This document shows, piece after piece, positions 26,447 to 34,947 of a DNA stretch of 36,353 nucleotides (position 1 is its first letter; every line of letters starts with the position of its first letter). Source of the DNA: Methanoregula sp. (GTDB lineage Archaea > Halobacteriota > Methanomicrobia > Methanomicrobiales > Methanospirillaceae). The stretch covers positions 1-36,353 of the forward strand of contig JBDKTL010000038.1 in the NCBI GenBank assembly GCA_039698055.1. The letters are read 5' to 3'. Made by a program: the position numbers and the translations under genes. The notes beneath the pieces were generated by a model. The model saw only the letters and a program-made list of their open reading frames with translations. It made no database searches and had not been told where the DNA came from.

Positions 26447-27118
26447 CTGACCGGCAACAACGATGCAATTGCGATTTCCGATATCGTGTACTGCCATGCA
26501 TGTGCCATGAAATATTATTTTGAGCGAAACGAGCCGCGCACGGAATCCGACCGGTACGCGATCTGCAAACAGATCTCCTACCATCTTGGCACGCCGCTTG
26601 ATGCAGAAGCGATCTGGCAGGAGGTGCTCGCAGTCCACCCGGCGATGGATGGTGAGCAGCGCACGTTCCTTGATACCTGTATCGCAAAATGCCAGCCAGC
26701 GGAATGGAAACCGTCCGTCCAGACCGATCTTTTGGTAATTTCAAAGAAACACGGTATTGTGGGCATGGCAGACAGGGTATCTTCTGATGGCACGTTCTCG
26801 GTAATACGGGCGTCAGGGGCGATGCCCTTTGGCACGTACGCGGCAGACCGGTTGCGTATTGCCTGTGTTGCGCTCTGCCTTGAGGAGATGACCGGGACCG
26901 AAGTGAATGGCGGCAATGTGGAATATATTCCGGATGGTATGTCACGGTTCCATGCGGTGCAGCCCCGGGACCGGCGGCAGTTACTCTCAACCCTCCATAC
27001 GGTGCGTTCCATACAGGCAGGTGATGTCCCGCACCATCCGCTGAACGCACCCTGCAACCGGTGCCGGCACAAGGAGCGGTGCGAGAGCAGCGGGCACCGG
27101 TTGTCGGAACTGCTATAA
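26447..27118 (+). CDS. Solo Cas4/Dna2-like (RecB-fold, Fe-S) protein, not CRISPR-associated here
   Basis: ISDI..C..C near the N-terminus, G.AD motif II, C-terminal PCNRCRHKERC cysteine triad. Start uncertain: CTG 26447 after AAAGGGGA is inferred; track gives 26324. Confidence 0.75.
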   Translation: MTGNNDAIAISDIVYCHACAMKYYFERNEPRTESDRYAICKQISYHLGTPLDAEAIWQEVLAVHPAMDGEQRTFLDTCIAKCQPAEWKPSVQTDLLVISKKHGIVGMADRVSSDGTFSVIRASGAMPFGTYAADRLRIACVALCLEEMTGTEVNGGNVEYIPDGMSRFHAVQPRDRRQLLSTLHTVRSIQAGDVPHHPLNAPCNRCRHKERCESSGHRLSELL

Positions 27119-27277
27119 TCCCCCCTTTTTTCCATGGGAATTACCGTATCCACAACAGGACTCAGGGTGGTCTCCCGCTTTTTTTTATGAACAGGTTTTC
27201 ACTTTCACCGTGCGCAGACTCGGGCACTTTTATCCGTCCGCCATCAACCATCAAATCCACGAATGGATGTGATATCA

Positions 27278-27643
27278 ATGACGGCAAAACGAATCGAGAC
27301 GGGAACTGCTGATGGTGACGCACTGGGTTTTTCTGAAGATCTGTTTTCCGGCTGGCTTGAGTTCCACCCCGAACACCAGCTCTACCTGCACTACATCATC
27401 TCACGGCACCGCAATGAGGGAAATACCCAGGCCCTGCTCCGGCAATGGCTGTCGGACGGGTACGATGTACGGGTGGTGATGCCGCGACCGGTTATGCAGC
27501 ATATCCTCAGGAAACTGCGTTTCGTCCCGTATCTTGAGTACTTCCCGGACCAGTACGAGGATCGCGTCGAAGTCTGGTGCAGACCGGATGCCGGCCGGTA
27601 TTTCCCTTGCTCCCGCCGGCAGGCCGGTAAGATGGGATCATGA
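27278..27643 (+). CDS. Hypothetical protein, possible GNAT-like fold
   Basis: 'LYLHYIISRHRNEGNTQALL' resembles the acetyl-CoA-binding motif A; 'LRKLRF' C-terminal motif; GTGAT before ATG 27278. Confidence 0.6.
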   Translation: MTAKRIETGTADGDALGFSEDLFSGWLEFHPEHQLYLHYIISRHRNEGNTQALLRQWLSDGYDVRVVMPRPVMQHILRKLRFVPYLEYFPDQYEDRVEVWCRPDAGRYFPCSRRQAGKMGS

Positions 27644-27728
27644 TGAATCCTCTTTTTTCTGCGGAGTCGGGCATTCCGGATCCAGGAAACGAAAAATCCG
27701 GTTATACAATGAAAAAGAGAAGTACGTT

Positions 27729-28655
27729 TTACCCGTGCCTGAGCAGGGTCTTTGAGATAATATACTCATCCGGCGCTTCCCGTGTCGTGCCGACAATCAG
27801 CCAGCGCTCGCTGCCATGCTGTTCACAGACGCCACAGGCTTCTATGGTCTCGCCGTTTTGCGCCTGCCCGCTGTACGTGTGAGTAAAGGAAAGGACTTTG
27901 CTCACCGAACCGTGCCTGACTTCATACACCGCAGGGTTGTCAAACGCGAGCGATGCATCGGTCACTTCCGCTTCAATCGTCATCCGGCCAAGCACGGGTC
28001 CTCTCCCGGAAGGTGCAGTCTTCATGGTGTCATACGAGCGGGTGTACAGGATATCGAAATAGGTGCCATCGATCTGGCCCCGGTTCCATTTCCGCTCTTC
28101 GTGGCACACAAATGCATCGTAGGAAATCGCCGGTTTGCGCTTCTCGTACACCTTGCGCCACATTTCCGGGGACATGCCCTCGATTTTTCCATCAGCGATA
28201 CCCTGTTTCACGAGTGCCTGCGCAGTAAACCAGTGGTTTCCGTAGACCACCATGTCGATATCCGATGCGCCGTTTTCCAGCTGGCAGAGCAGGGAACCGG
28301 TACAGCCAACAGCACCTTTGGGGAGCCGGAAGATATCCAGCAGTTTCCGGACCCGGGGGTGTGCACGGGCGATACGGGATATCTCCTCTTCCGGTTTGAG
28401 CACAGTTTTAATATCGCCATGCGGGATACGCTGGACGAGACCTGCATACCCGGGTTTCCGCGCAGCAATCAACCCGTACGCATCTTCAAAATCATATTTT
28501 TTATACCGTGTACCGGATGGGCTGACGCGCTCGCCGTCAGCGTCAGGCACATACCTGAGCACGCAGCCGACCGCCGTTTCGTTATCATAGGTCGAAACTG
28601 CATACAGCCATCCGTCGGGATCTTCAATAAAATCCCGGAGGCGTACAGGCATCAT
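27729..28655 (-). CDS. Archaeal nucleotidyltransferase-domain protein (Pol-beta superfamily)
   Basis: GCTGSLL......SDIDMVVYG motif; start MMPVRLRDF. Confidence 0.85.
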   Translation of the reverse strand: MMPVRLRDFIEDPDGWLYAVSTYDNETAVGCVLRYVPDADGERVSPSGTRYKKYDFEDAYGLIAARKPGYAGLVQRIPHGDIKTVLKPEEEISRIARAHPRVRKLLDIFRLPKGAVGCTGSLLCQLENGASDIDMVVYGNHWFTAQALVKQGIADGKIEGMSPEMWRKVYEKRKPAISYDAFVCHEERKWNRGQIDGTYFDILYTRSYDTMKTAPSGRGPVLGRMTIEAEVTDASLAFDNPAVYEVRHGSVSKVLSFTHTYSGQAQNGETIEACGVCEQHGSERWLIVGTTREAPDEYIISKTLLRHG

Positions 28656-28668
28656 AAAAAAAAATCCT

Positions 28669-29241
28669 TTAATGGGTGGCGAGGTATTGCTCGATTTTTT
28701 CTGCCTGATCACCGCGGCGGATGATGATATTGGAACAGAGGTCTACGACCGTGCTTGGCGTACCCGGCAGTCTTCCGCCATCGACGAGCAGATCGCGGGG
28801 AACCGTGCATTCATCCGGCGTCACCGGGTCTTTTGCCCCGGAGAGGTTGGCGCTTGTTGCGGTGATGGGTGCATCGAATTTCTCGATGATCTCAATAGCA
28901 AGCACATGCAGGGGGATGCGGACACCGATCATGCCGGTACCCCCGGTCAGGATGATGGGGATCGTAGTGCGGGCGGGAACGACAACAGTGACGGGACCGG
29001 GAAGAAATGTCTGGACAAAACCCGCCATGCGGGCATCCAGCCGGGCGACAGCACACAGCATTTCAAAATCCGAGACTGCAATTGAAACTGGTTTTGAGAT
29101 ATCGCGTTTCTTTGCTTCGTAAACTTTCCCGATTGCTTCATCCGAAAAAGCATCTGCACCAAGGCCGTAGACCGTTTCAGTAGGATAGACAATGAGACCG
29201 TCGTGCATGAGCGTTGAGACCGCCCGGTCAATGATATCCAT
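28669..29241 (-). CDS. sua5: L-threonylcarbamoyladenylate synthase (Sua5/TsaC, YrdC domain only)
   Basis: YPTETVYGLG, KKR, PGPVT, GVRIP, TSANLSG, PSTVVD. Confidence 0.92.
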   Translation of the reverse strand: MDIIDRAVSTLMHDGLIVYPTETVYGLGADAFSDEAIGKVYEAKKRDISKPVSIAVSDFEMLCAVARLDARMAGFVQTFLPGPVTVVVPARTTIPIILTGGTGMIGVRIPLHVLAIEIIEKFDAPITATSANLSGAKDPVTPDECTVPRDLLVDGGRLPGTPSTVVDLCSNIIIRRGDQAEKIEQYLATH

Positions 29242-29242
29242 C

Positions 29243-29920
29243 TTAAAACTCCCGGCCCCGGACCCGGTTGATATCAAAGACCGCTTTGCTGCTCACGTGC
29301 ATCACGGCAAATACACCTGCCTGGGTAGGGTCCGTGACGACAAGGTCTGCATGGGCAGGGACGGTTCCTGCCATCTTGAGCGCGATCACCGGGATCCCCG
29401 CTTCGCGCACCCGGTCGACCGACTTTGAGATATCCCCTCCCATGATCGACCCGGCAAGAACAAGGATGGATGCCCGGGGGAGACGGGACACGGCGTCCAC
29501 GGCAAGGGCAAGCGTCCTCTCCCCGACCAGCGGAATAGTATCTACCGATATCCGCTCGCCCCGGATATTATGCCGGTCGGCTTCATTGACCGCTCCCATC
29601 GCAACTTGGGCGACCTGCGCTCCTCCCCCGATGATAATGACGCGGGAACCAAAAATATCCCCGAATGGCTGGAACGATTTGACATCTTTGACCGAATCGA
29701 TCGCGGATAAATCCTTGAGAAGCTGTTCCGGATTTGGCCCCGGCTCATATTCAAAATAGAGTTCTCCCATGCCGGTATAGGGGCCGGAATCAAAAACTTC
29801 CTGGTTGATCATGATGATATTTGCGCCATGTTCGGCAACCACCGTAGCGATATCCCGCAGAACGCCCCTGCGGTTCTCGGCGATGATACGCACTGCACAG
29901 CGATTTACATCCATTTCCAT
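29243..29920 (-). CDS. ACT-domain protein of methanogens (DUF5612-like)
   Basis: N-terminal ACT motif 'ENRRGVLRDIA', then GGGAQVAQVA.GA..EADRHNIRGERISVDTIP. Confidence 0.85.
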   Translation of the reverse strand: MEMDVNRCAVRIIAENRRGVLRDIATVVAEHGANIIMINQEVFDSGPYTGMGELYFEYEPGPNPEQLLKDLSAIDSVKDVKSFQPFGDIFGSRVIIIGGGAQVAQVAMGAVNEADRHNIRGERISVDTIPLVGERTLALAVDAVSRLPRASILVLAGSIMGGDISKSVDRVREAGIPVIALKMAGTVPAHADLVVTDPTQAGVFAVMHVSSKAVFDINRVRGREF

Positions 29921-29929
29921 ATAAAAACA

Positions 29930-30000
29930 TGCGACAGCCGGGGATCGAACCCGGGTTAGAAGCTTGGGAAGCTCCTGTCCTACCGCTAGACTACTATCGC
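29930..30000 (-). tRNA. tRNA-Gly(CCC)
   Basis: GCGATAGTAGTCTAGCGGTAGGACAGGAGCTT-CCC-AAGCTTCTAACCCGGGTTCGATCCCCGGCTGTCGCA; 71 nt. Confidence 0.97.
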
Positions 30001-30209
30001 ACCGGTCTTTTCTGCGTTATGATATTACTCCATGTCGAAGATAAATATATCCCGTTTGTTTTCATGGTGCCGGGTCGATATTTTTAAAAATGGCGGTGGT
30101 GCATAGTACCAGTATATCAATGGTGCAAAAGGCCCTGAAAGGAAAAACGATCCGATCTTCGTAATATATCCGTAAAGGGATCCTGCACCATAGAGGGAGT
30201 ATATTCAGT

Positions 30210-31133
30210 ATGAAGTTTTCAAAAATATTGTTAGTCGCTGTTATTGCCGCAGGTATCTTTTTTTGCATCGCACCGGTACTGGCAGATACTGATGCAAACC
30301 AGAAAGTCCTCTACCAGGAAACATTCTCCAAAGATCCCCAATGGCTGACGAATAATCCTTCTTCAGATTACTGGGATCCCAATAAAGGTGCGTACCATTT
30401 TGGCATTGAACCAGCGACTGGCAACTATGCATACATTAAGATACCGGTACCGTATGATGGCGGATCATTTACTCTCCAATACGATCTCATGTTAATGCAG
30501 GTTGATACGGATGCAACATTCAGGCTTGGTTTTTCCGGAACTGAGATGGACCGGTTAAAAGGACCAAACGTCATAACGGAGTTTACCAATGCCAAATATG
30601 GCAACCTCATGTGGGTGAGGGTCGTGACCCAGAATGCAAAACTCAATGAAAAAAGCAGCGCATCATCTTCCTATGGCGGTCCGACGATCAATTACGAACT
30701 GAACACGACCTATCATGTTGTTGTGACCTACGATGACGATGCAAAAACGGTAACAGAACGGGTTTCTGATAAGTTGACCGGGCGGACGATCTGGAGTTAT
30801 TATATCAATACCTGGGACCAGCTGAAAGGGATGAACCGTATTTACCTTGGATCGATTGGCGATTACAGTGTCATGAACAATTATGCTGTCGGGTACATTG
30901 ACAGCGTTGTGCTCACCCAGCCACTGGCAACAACACCAACAGAAACAGCCGCTGTCCAGACCTCGTCGGTTCCCACGTATTCTCTTCGCCCGACCACGCA
31001 GGAAACGACCCGGGTTCCCCTGACATCGATTCCTACGCCGACACAGACCCCGGTACCAGTTTTTATTCCCTGTGCAGCTCTTGCACTTCTCGGGATCGCT
31101 GCCGGTATTCACCGGATGAGAAAGAACCAGTAA
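30210..31133 (+). CDS. Cell-surface protein: signal peptide, beta-rich domain, Thr/Pro linker, C-terminal TM anchor
   Basis: MKFSK, hydrophobic stretch and VLA cleavage motif; TTPTET...TPTQTP linker; TM helix followed by the basic tail RMRKNQ. Confidence 0.85.
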   Translation: MKFSKILLVAVIAAGIFFCIAPVLADTDANQKVLYQETFSKDPQWLTNNPSSDYWDPNKGAYHFGIEPATGNYAYIKIPVPYDGGSFTLQYDLMLMQVDTDATFRLGFSGTEMDRLKGPNVITEFTNAKYGNLMWVRVVTQNAKLNEKSSASSSYGGPTINYELNTTYHVVVTYDDDAKTVTERVSDKLTGRTIWSYYINTWDQLKGMNRIYLGSIGDYSVMNNYAVGYIDSVVLTQPLATTPTETAAVQTSSVPTYSLRPTTQETTRVPLTSIPTPTQTPVPVFIPCAALALLGIAAGIHRMRKNQ

Positions 31134-31572
31134 TGTTCATATAAAAAAAGTTTTTTTTATTTTTTTTGGCTTGTGGTGTATGATTCTGGAGGCGTTTGTG
31201 AATAATAACCGGTGGTAACTGGTCCTTTGTACGATGCACCATAAGGCAGTTACACGGTCAATCCGGCATTTGTCTTTCCCTCGGGTGCAGCGATCAGCGT
31301 GAGGCGGCTGCCCGCTGCATCCATCTTTTTTTGTTAGAGTCCGGAAAAGTGCGGTCCGGATATCCCCGCACGTGCCCTGGTACTTCAGCCTGCTCTCCCT
31401 ATCCAACCATTGAGACAGCCAGGATTCCTGCAGCACCAGCGGCGTGAACGATCGGGACGGCAATGAGGGGAAACATGGTAAACCCCTAAGGATCGTTCCC
31501 CGATCGCCCCTGCGTGCTTTTTTTTTGGATTGGTGACACGATAGATTGGTCCATGCATCACCAAATCTATAT

Positions 31573-31594
31573 TTTATCCCGGATAAGGGATAAA
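31573..31594. promoter_or_regulatory. Inverted repeat, candidate regulator binding site upstream of the wHTH-FHA gene
   Basis: TTTATCCC-N6-GGGATAAA perfect 8-bp arms directly after an AT-rich TATATTT stretch. Confidence 0.3.
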
Positions 31595-31751
31595 TTGCCC
31601 AAATGATCCGGGTTGAAGCATATAACTTCCTGGTTCAATCAATGCATCCCCACTCATAACCCCGGCAAAAATATCGGATGATGTGCTCTTATAGGATAAT
31701 GGGGCATAGGGTTATAGGAAGAAAAACAAAAACGTACCCGACAGGAAGAAT

Positions 31752-32537
31752 ATGAACACTCCGGACCGGTCTCCTACCACGATTTCTGATGAAAACACCG
31801 ATTCACTCGATGAGCTTTCCGAGTATCTCGATGTGCTTTCGAGCAATGCCCGTCTCCGGATTATCAAACTTCTTGAGAAAAAACCGCGTGACGCGAGGGC
31901 AATCTCAAACGAGATCGAGACCAGCTATGAAAATACCAAAAAGCATCTCGATAAACTGCTGGGTATCGGGGTAATTAAAAAAGAAGCGGGTCTTGGTGCA
32001 CCGACATCAAAAGGAATCCATCCCGTCTGGCAATACTCGATTGTGCCAGGAGGTTTTGAGGCAATCATCCGCAATCTCGGCCTTTTTTCCAATGCAAAAG
32101 TCCAGATCGTCGGAGGTGAGATCTCCCGGCGTCTGGATGCCGTGAAAGGAACGCTTTCAAAAGAGGTGCTAGGTGATATGCCGGCGGCGATTGTGCTGGG
32201 TGGTCACGACGATGGGAAAATTTTTCTCTTAAAACATGATCGTGTACGGATTGGCAGGATCGATACCGAGCGCCACGCTCACAGTAATGACGATAAGGAT
32301 GTAGTGCTTGACGGCACGTATACCGCGGTGACCCGGATCTCAAAACCGCATGCGGTGTTTTTGCGTGAAGGTGGCACATGGCATATCGAGGATTGCGGGA
32401 GCACCGGGGGTACCAAGCTGAACAACCAGCAGCTGGAAAATAATGTCCCGGCTTTGGTGCAGGACGGCGATCTTATTGAACTGGCAAAAGGCGTCCCTGG
32501 TGTCAGGCTTCTGATGATCCTGCCAAAAACGGCATGA
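31752..32537 (+). CDS. ArsR-like winged-helix plus FHA-domain transcriptional regulator
   Basis: N-terminal 'LSSNARLRIIKLL...KKHLDKLLGIGVI' wHTH; C-terminal FHA motifs IGR, ISKPHA, STGGT, DGDLIEL. Confidence 0.88.
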   Translation: MNTPDRSPTTISDENTDSLDELSEYLDVLSSNARLRIIKLLEKKPRDARAISNEIETSYENTKKHLDKLLGIGVIKKEAGLGAPTSKGIHPVWQYSIVPGGFEAIIRNLGLFSNAKVQIVGGEISRRLDAVKGTLSKEVLGDMPAAIVLGGHDDGKIFLLKHDRVRIGRIDTERHAHSNDDKDVVLDGTYTAVTRISKPHAVFLREGGTWHIEDCGSTGGTKLNNQQLENNVPALVQDGDLIELAKGVPGVRLLMILPKTA

Positions 32538-32591
32538 ATAGCATCCTTTCAGGAATTACGTGTCTGCACAAAAGAAGAAATAAAAAAAATT

Positions 32592-34694
32592 ATGAATACC
32601 TCTTCCCTCTTACCCTGCTGCAATGATCGCTGCTGGTTACTTACCGGTCTGGTTCTCTGCCTGTTTTTCTTCAGTGTTCCCGGTGTCTGGGCTGCAGAAC
32701 TTTCGGTTGCACCGTCGGGTTCAGAATTTACCCTGATACAGGATGCGATTTCATGGGCATCACCTGGTGACACCATCACGGTGGAAAGCGGTCTGTATCC
32801 CGAAAGCATCCGCATCGACAAAAAAATTTTCCTGACCGGGATTGACAGTGGAGGCGGGGCTCCGGTTATTGATCCCCAGAAAAAAGGTAATGCCATCGAA
32901 ATTCTTGCGGATGGCTGTACCGTGAAAGGATTTACCCTCCAGAACAGCGGTCTCTTCAGCGGTATCCATGTGCTGTCCCGCGATACGACCATTTCCGGCA
33001 ATTTTTTTCAAAATAATGCACAGGGCATCTACCTGGTGTCTGCAGATAATAATACCATCACGGGAAATCGCATCACCGCCAGTACCCGATCCGGGATCAC
33101 CCTTGAATCTTCACAGGATAATATCTTTGAAAATAACCGGATCGCAGATAATTCTGTCGGGATATCGGTTGACGGATCATCGCGTACAAACCACATCTGG
33201 CACAACACGTTTTCAAATTCCCAGAATGTGAATTCCAAAAGTACCTCCCCGTCATGGGTATCGCCTTCTCTGATGAGTTATTCCTATATGGGCAGACAAA
33301 TCCGGAGCCTGATGGGCAATTACTGGAGCGACTATACAGGAAAAGACCGGAATGAAGATGGAATTGGCGACACACCCTATACGATCTTTATTGGGGCGAA
33401 CAAAAACGCCATTCTTCCCATCAACCAGGATGTGTACGATTCCTTCCCGCTGATGGATCCAAATGAATATTACCGTAACCTTACGCCGGTCACCTCGCCT
33501 GCGATGGTGGACACTCCGACACCTGCACCGGTGATACCAGCGATAATCACCCCCACGGTCATCCCGTCAGCCAATGTATCGTCCCCGGTTGATCAGCCTT
33601 CACCAGTTACCCCTGCGGACTCAGCAGTATCCAATCCCCCCTTCAAAGTCCCGTCGGTTATCATTGCAGGTTTCCTCATCCTTGTCGTGGCTGGCATTAC
33701 AGGGATCATCCTGTTGCACGGGCGAAAAAACCGGCGCCGCCCCACGACGTCCGATCCGGTTTCTCATGAGCCCGATGCACAAACGGTCTCAGACTCTGGC
33801 GATACCGCCGATCCGAATACGACCATTGCAGATCCTGTTCTTCCTGACCGTGACGAAACATATGGGTCAGGTCAGGAACTTTATCACTATTTCCCAAAAG
33901 ATCTTGAGAATAAATATACTGATATCCGGTATATCGGGCGGGGCGGTGTAGCGTATGTTTTTTCCGCGACACGAAAAAAAGATCAAAAACGTGTCGCCAT
34001 AAAAATCCCCATCAGTTTTGACGAAGTGACGGGCAAATGTTTCTTAAATGAGATTAATGCATGGGAAACGTTGCGACACCCGAATATCGTTGAAGTGCTG
34101 GGTGTCAACATCCTGCCGGTTCCCTATGTGGAGATGGAATATGTCGCCGGTACGCTTGAAGCGGTCAAAAAACCCCTGCCCGTATGGAAGGCAGTACATC
34201 TGATTTCCGGTGTTGCCGATGGCCTGAAATATGCCCATGCGCACGGATTTATCCACCGGGATATCAAACCGCATAATATTTTAGTGACCGAAAATCTGGT
34301 CCCTAAGATTACTGACTGGGGGATGAGCAAAGTCATCCAGACCGAGATGAAAACCTCAAATGTGGCCGGCTTTTCACTCTCCTATGCAGCTCCTGAACAG
34401 GTCTCGCCCAAGGAATTTGGCAGGACCGATACCCGCACTGACATCTACCAGCTTGGCGTGGTCTTTTATGAGCTGGTCACCGGTTCACTGCCCTTTGGGG
34501 GCGACAGTGTCGTTGAGGTGGGTAATGCCATTGTCCGCGAACCCCCGGTTCCCCCTTCGGAATATACCCCGGAGGCGGTTGCGGTCGAAAAAATTATCCT
34601 GAAATGCCTGGAAAAAGACCCTGCTCAACGGTACCAGTCGGCAGACGAACTGCTCGATGCGTTGTCACGGTATCTGGACGAGGATGCTGAATGA
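32592..34694 (+). CDS. Receptor-like Hanks-type Ser/Thr kinase: signal peptide, NosD/CASH beta-helix, TM helix, kinase
   Basis: IQDAI..A.PGDTI.V..G.Y.E, Asn-ladder repeats, GNYWSDY...DGIGDTPY; TM segment VIIAGFLILVVAGITGIILL-HGRKNRRR; kinase motifs GRGG, VAIK, HRDIKPHN, DWG, APE, DIYQLG. Confidence 0.92.
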   Translation: MNTSSLLPCCNDRCWLLTGLVLCLFFFSVPGVWAAELSVAPSGSEFTLIQDAISWASPGDTITVESGLYPESIRIDKKIFLTGIDSGGGAPVIDPQKKGNAIEILADGCTVKGFTLQNSGLFSGIHVLSRDTTISGNFFQNNAQGIYLVSADNNTITGNRITASTRSGITLESSQDNIFENNRIADNSVGISVDGSSRTNHIWHNTFSNSQNVNSKSTSPSWVSPSLMSYSYMGRQIRSLMGNYWSDYTGKDRNEDGIGDTPYTIFIGANKNAILPINQDVYDSFPLMDPNEYYRNLTPVTSPAMVDTPTPAPVIPAIITPTVIPSANVSSPVDQPSPVTPADSAVSNPPFKVPSVIIAGFLILVVAGITGIILLHGRKNRRRPTTSDPVSHEPDAQTVSDSGDTADPNTTIADPVLPDRDETYGSGQELYHYFPKDLENKYTDIRYIGRGGVAYVFSATRKKDQKRVAIKIPISFDEVTGKCFLNEINAWETLRHPNIVEVLGVNILPVPYVEMEYVAGTLEAVKKPLPVWKAVHLISGVADGLKYAHAHGFIHRDIKPHNILVTENLVPKITDWGMSKVIQTEMKTSNVAGFSLSYAAPEQVSPKEFGRTDTRTDIYQLGVVFYELVTGSLPFGGDSVVEVGNAIVREPPVPPSEYTPEAVAVEKIILKCLEKDPAQRYQSADELLDALSRYLDEDAE

Positions 34695-34707
34695 TAGGGA
34701 GGATGGC

Positions 34708-34899
34708 ATGACTGATGAGGAACCAAAGTATGAACCGGCGACCTGCGGGCATTGCGGGGGGCTTGGATGTACTTATTGCAACAAGACGGGAACGGTTCTT
34801 GTTGCGGCCCCGAAAACATCCTGCCCGGCATGCGATGGTATCGGTTGTATTTACTGTGGGTTTACCGGCTGGACACGCCCGAAAAGCAAGTGTGACTGA
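34708..34899 (+). CDS. Small Cys-rich protein with DnaJ-type CxxCxGxG zinc-finger repeats
   Basis: 63 aa; CGHCGGLGCTYCNKTG and CPACDGIGCIYCGFTG; GGGAGG upstream of ATG 34708. Confidence 0.8.
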   Translation: MTDEEPKYEPATCGHCGGLGCTYCNKTGTVLVAAPKTSCPACDGIGCIYCGFTGWTRPKSKCD

Positions 34900-34947
34900 T
34901 GTAGTACCGGGGCACCCTGCTTGAGCGGGAGTTTCCAATTGTTTTCT

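Noticed and set aside
27816-28724. 302-aa plus-strand ORF (also 13294-13983, 26361-27050, 7951-8565)
   Set aside because: Antisense shadows of well-supported genes in GC-rich DNA, with no motifs.
29930-30000. tRNA-Gly as a second integration site
   Set aside because: No duplicate of its 3' end was noticed in the window and no integrase is adjacent.
31137-31463. 108-aa minus-strand ORF in the large intergenic region
   Set aside because: Non-ATG start, runs into terminator-like A/T tracts and shows no recognisable protein features.
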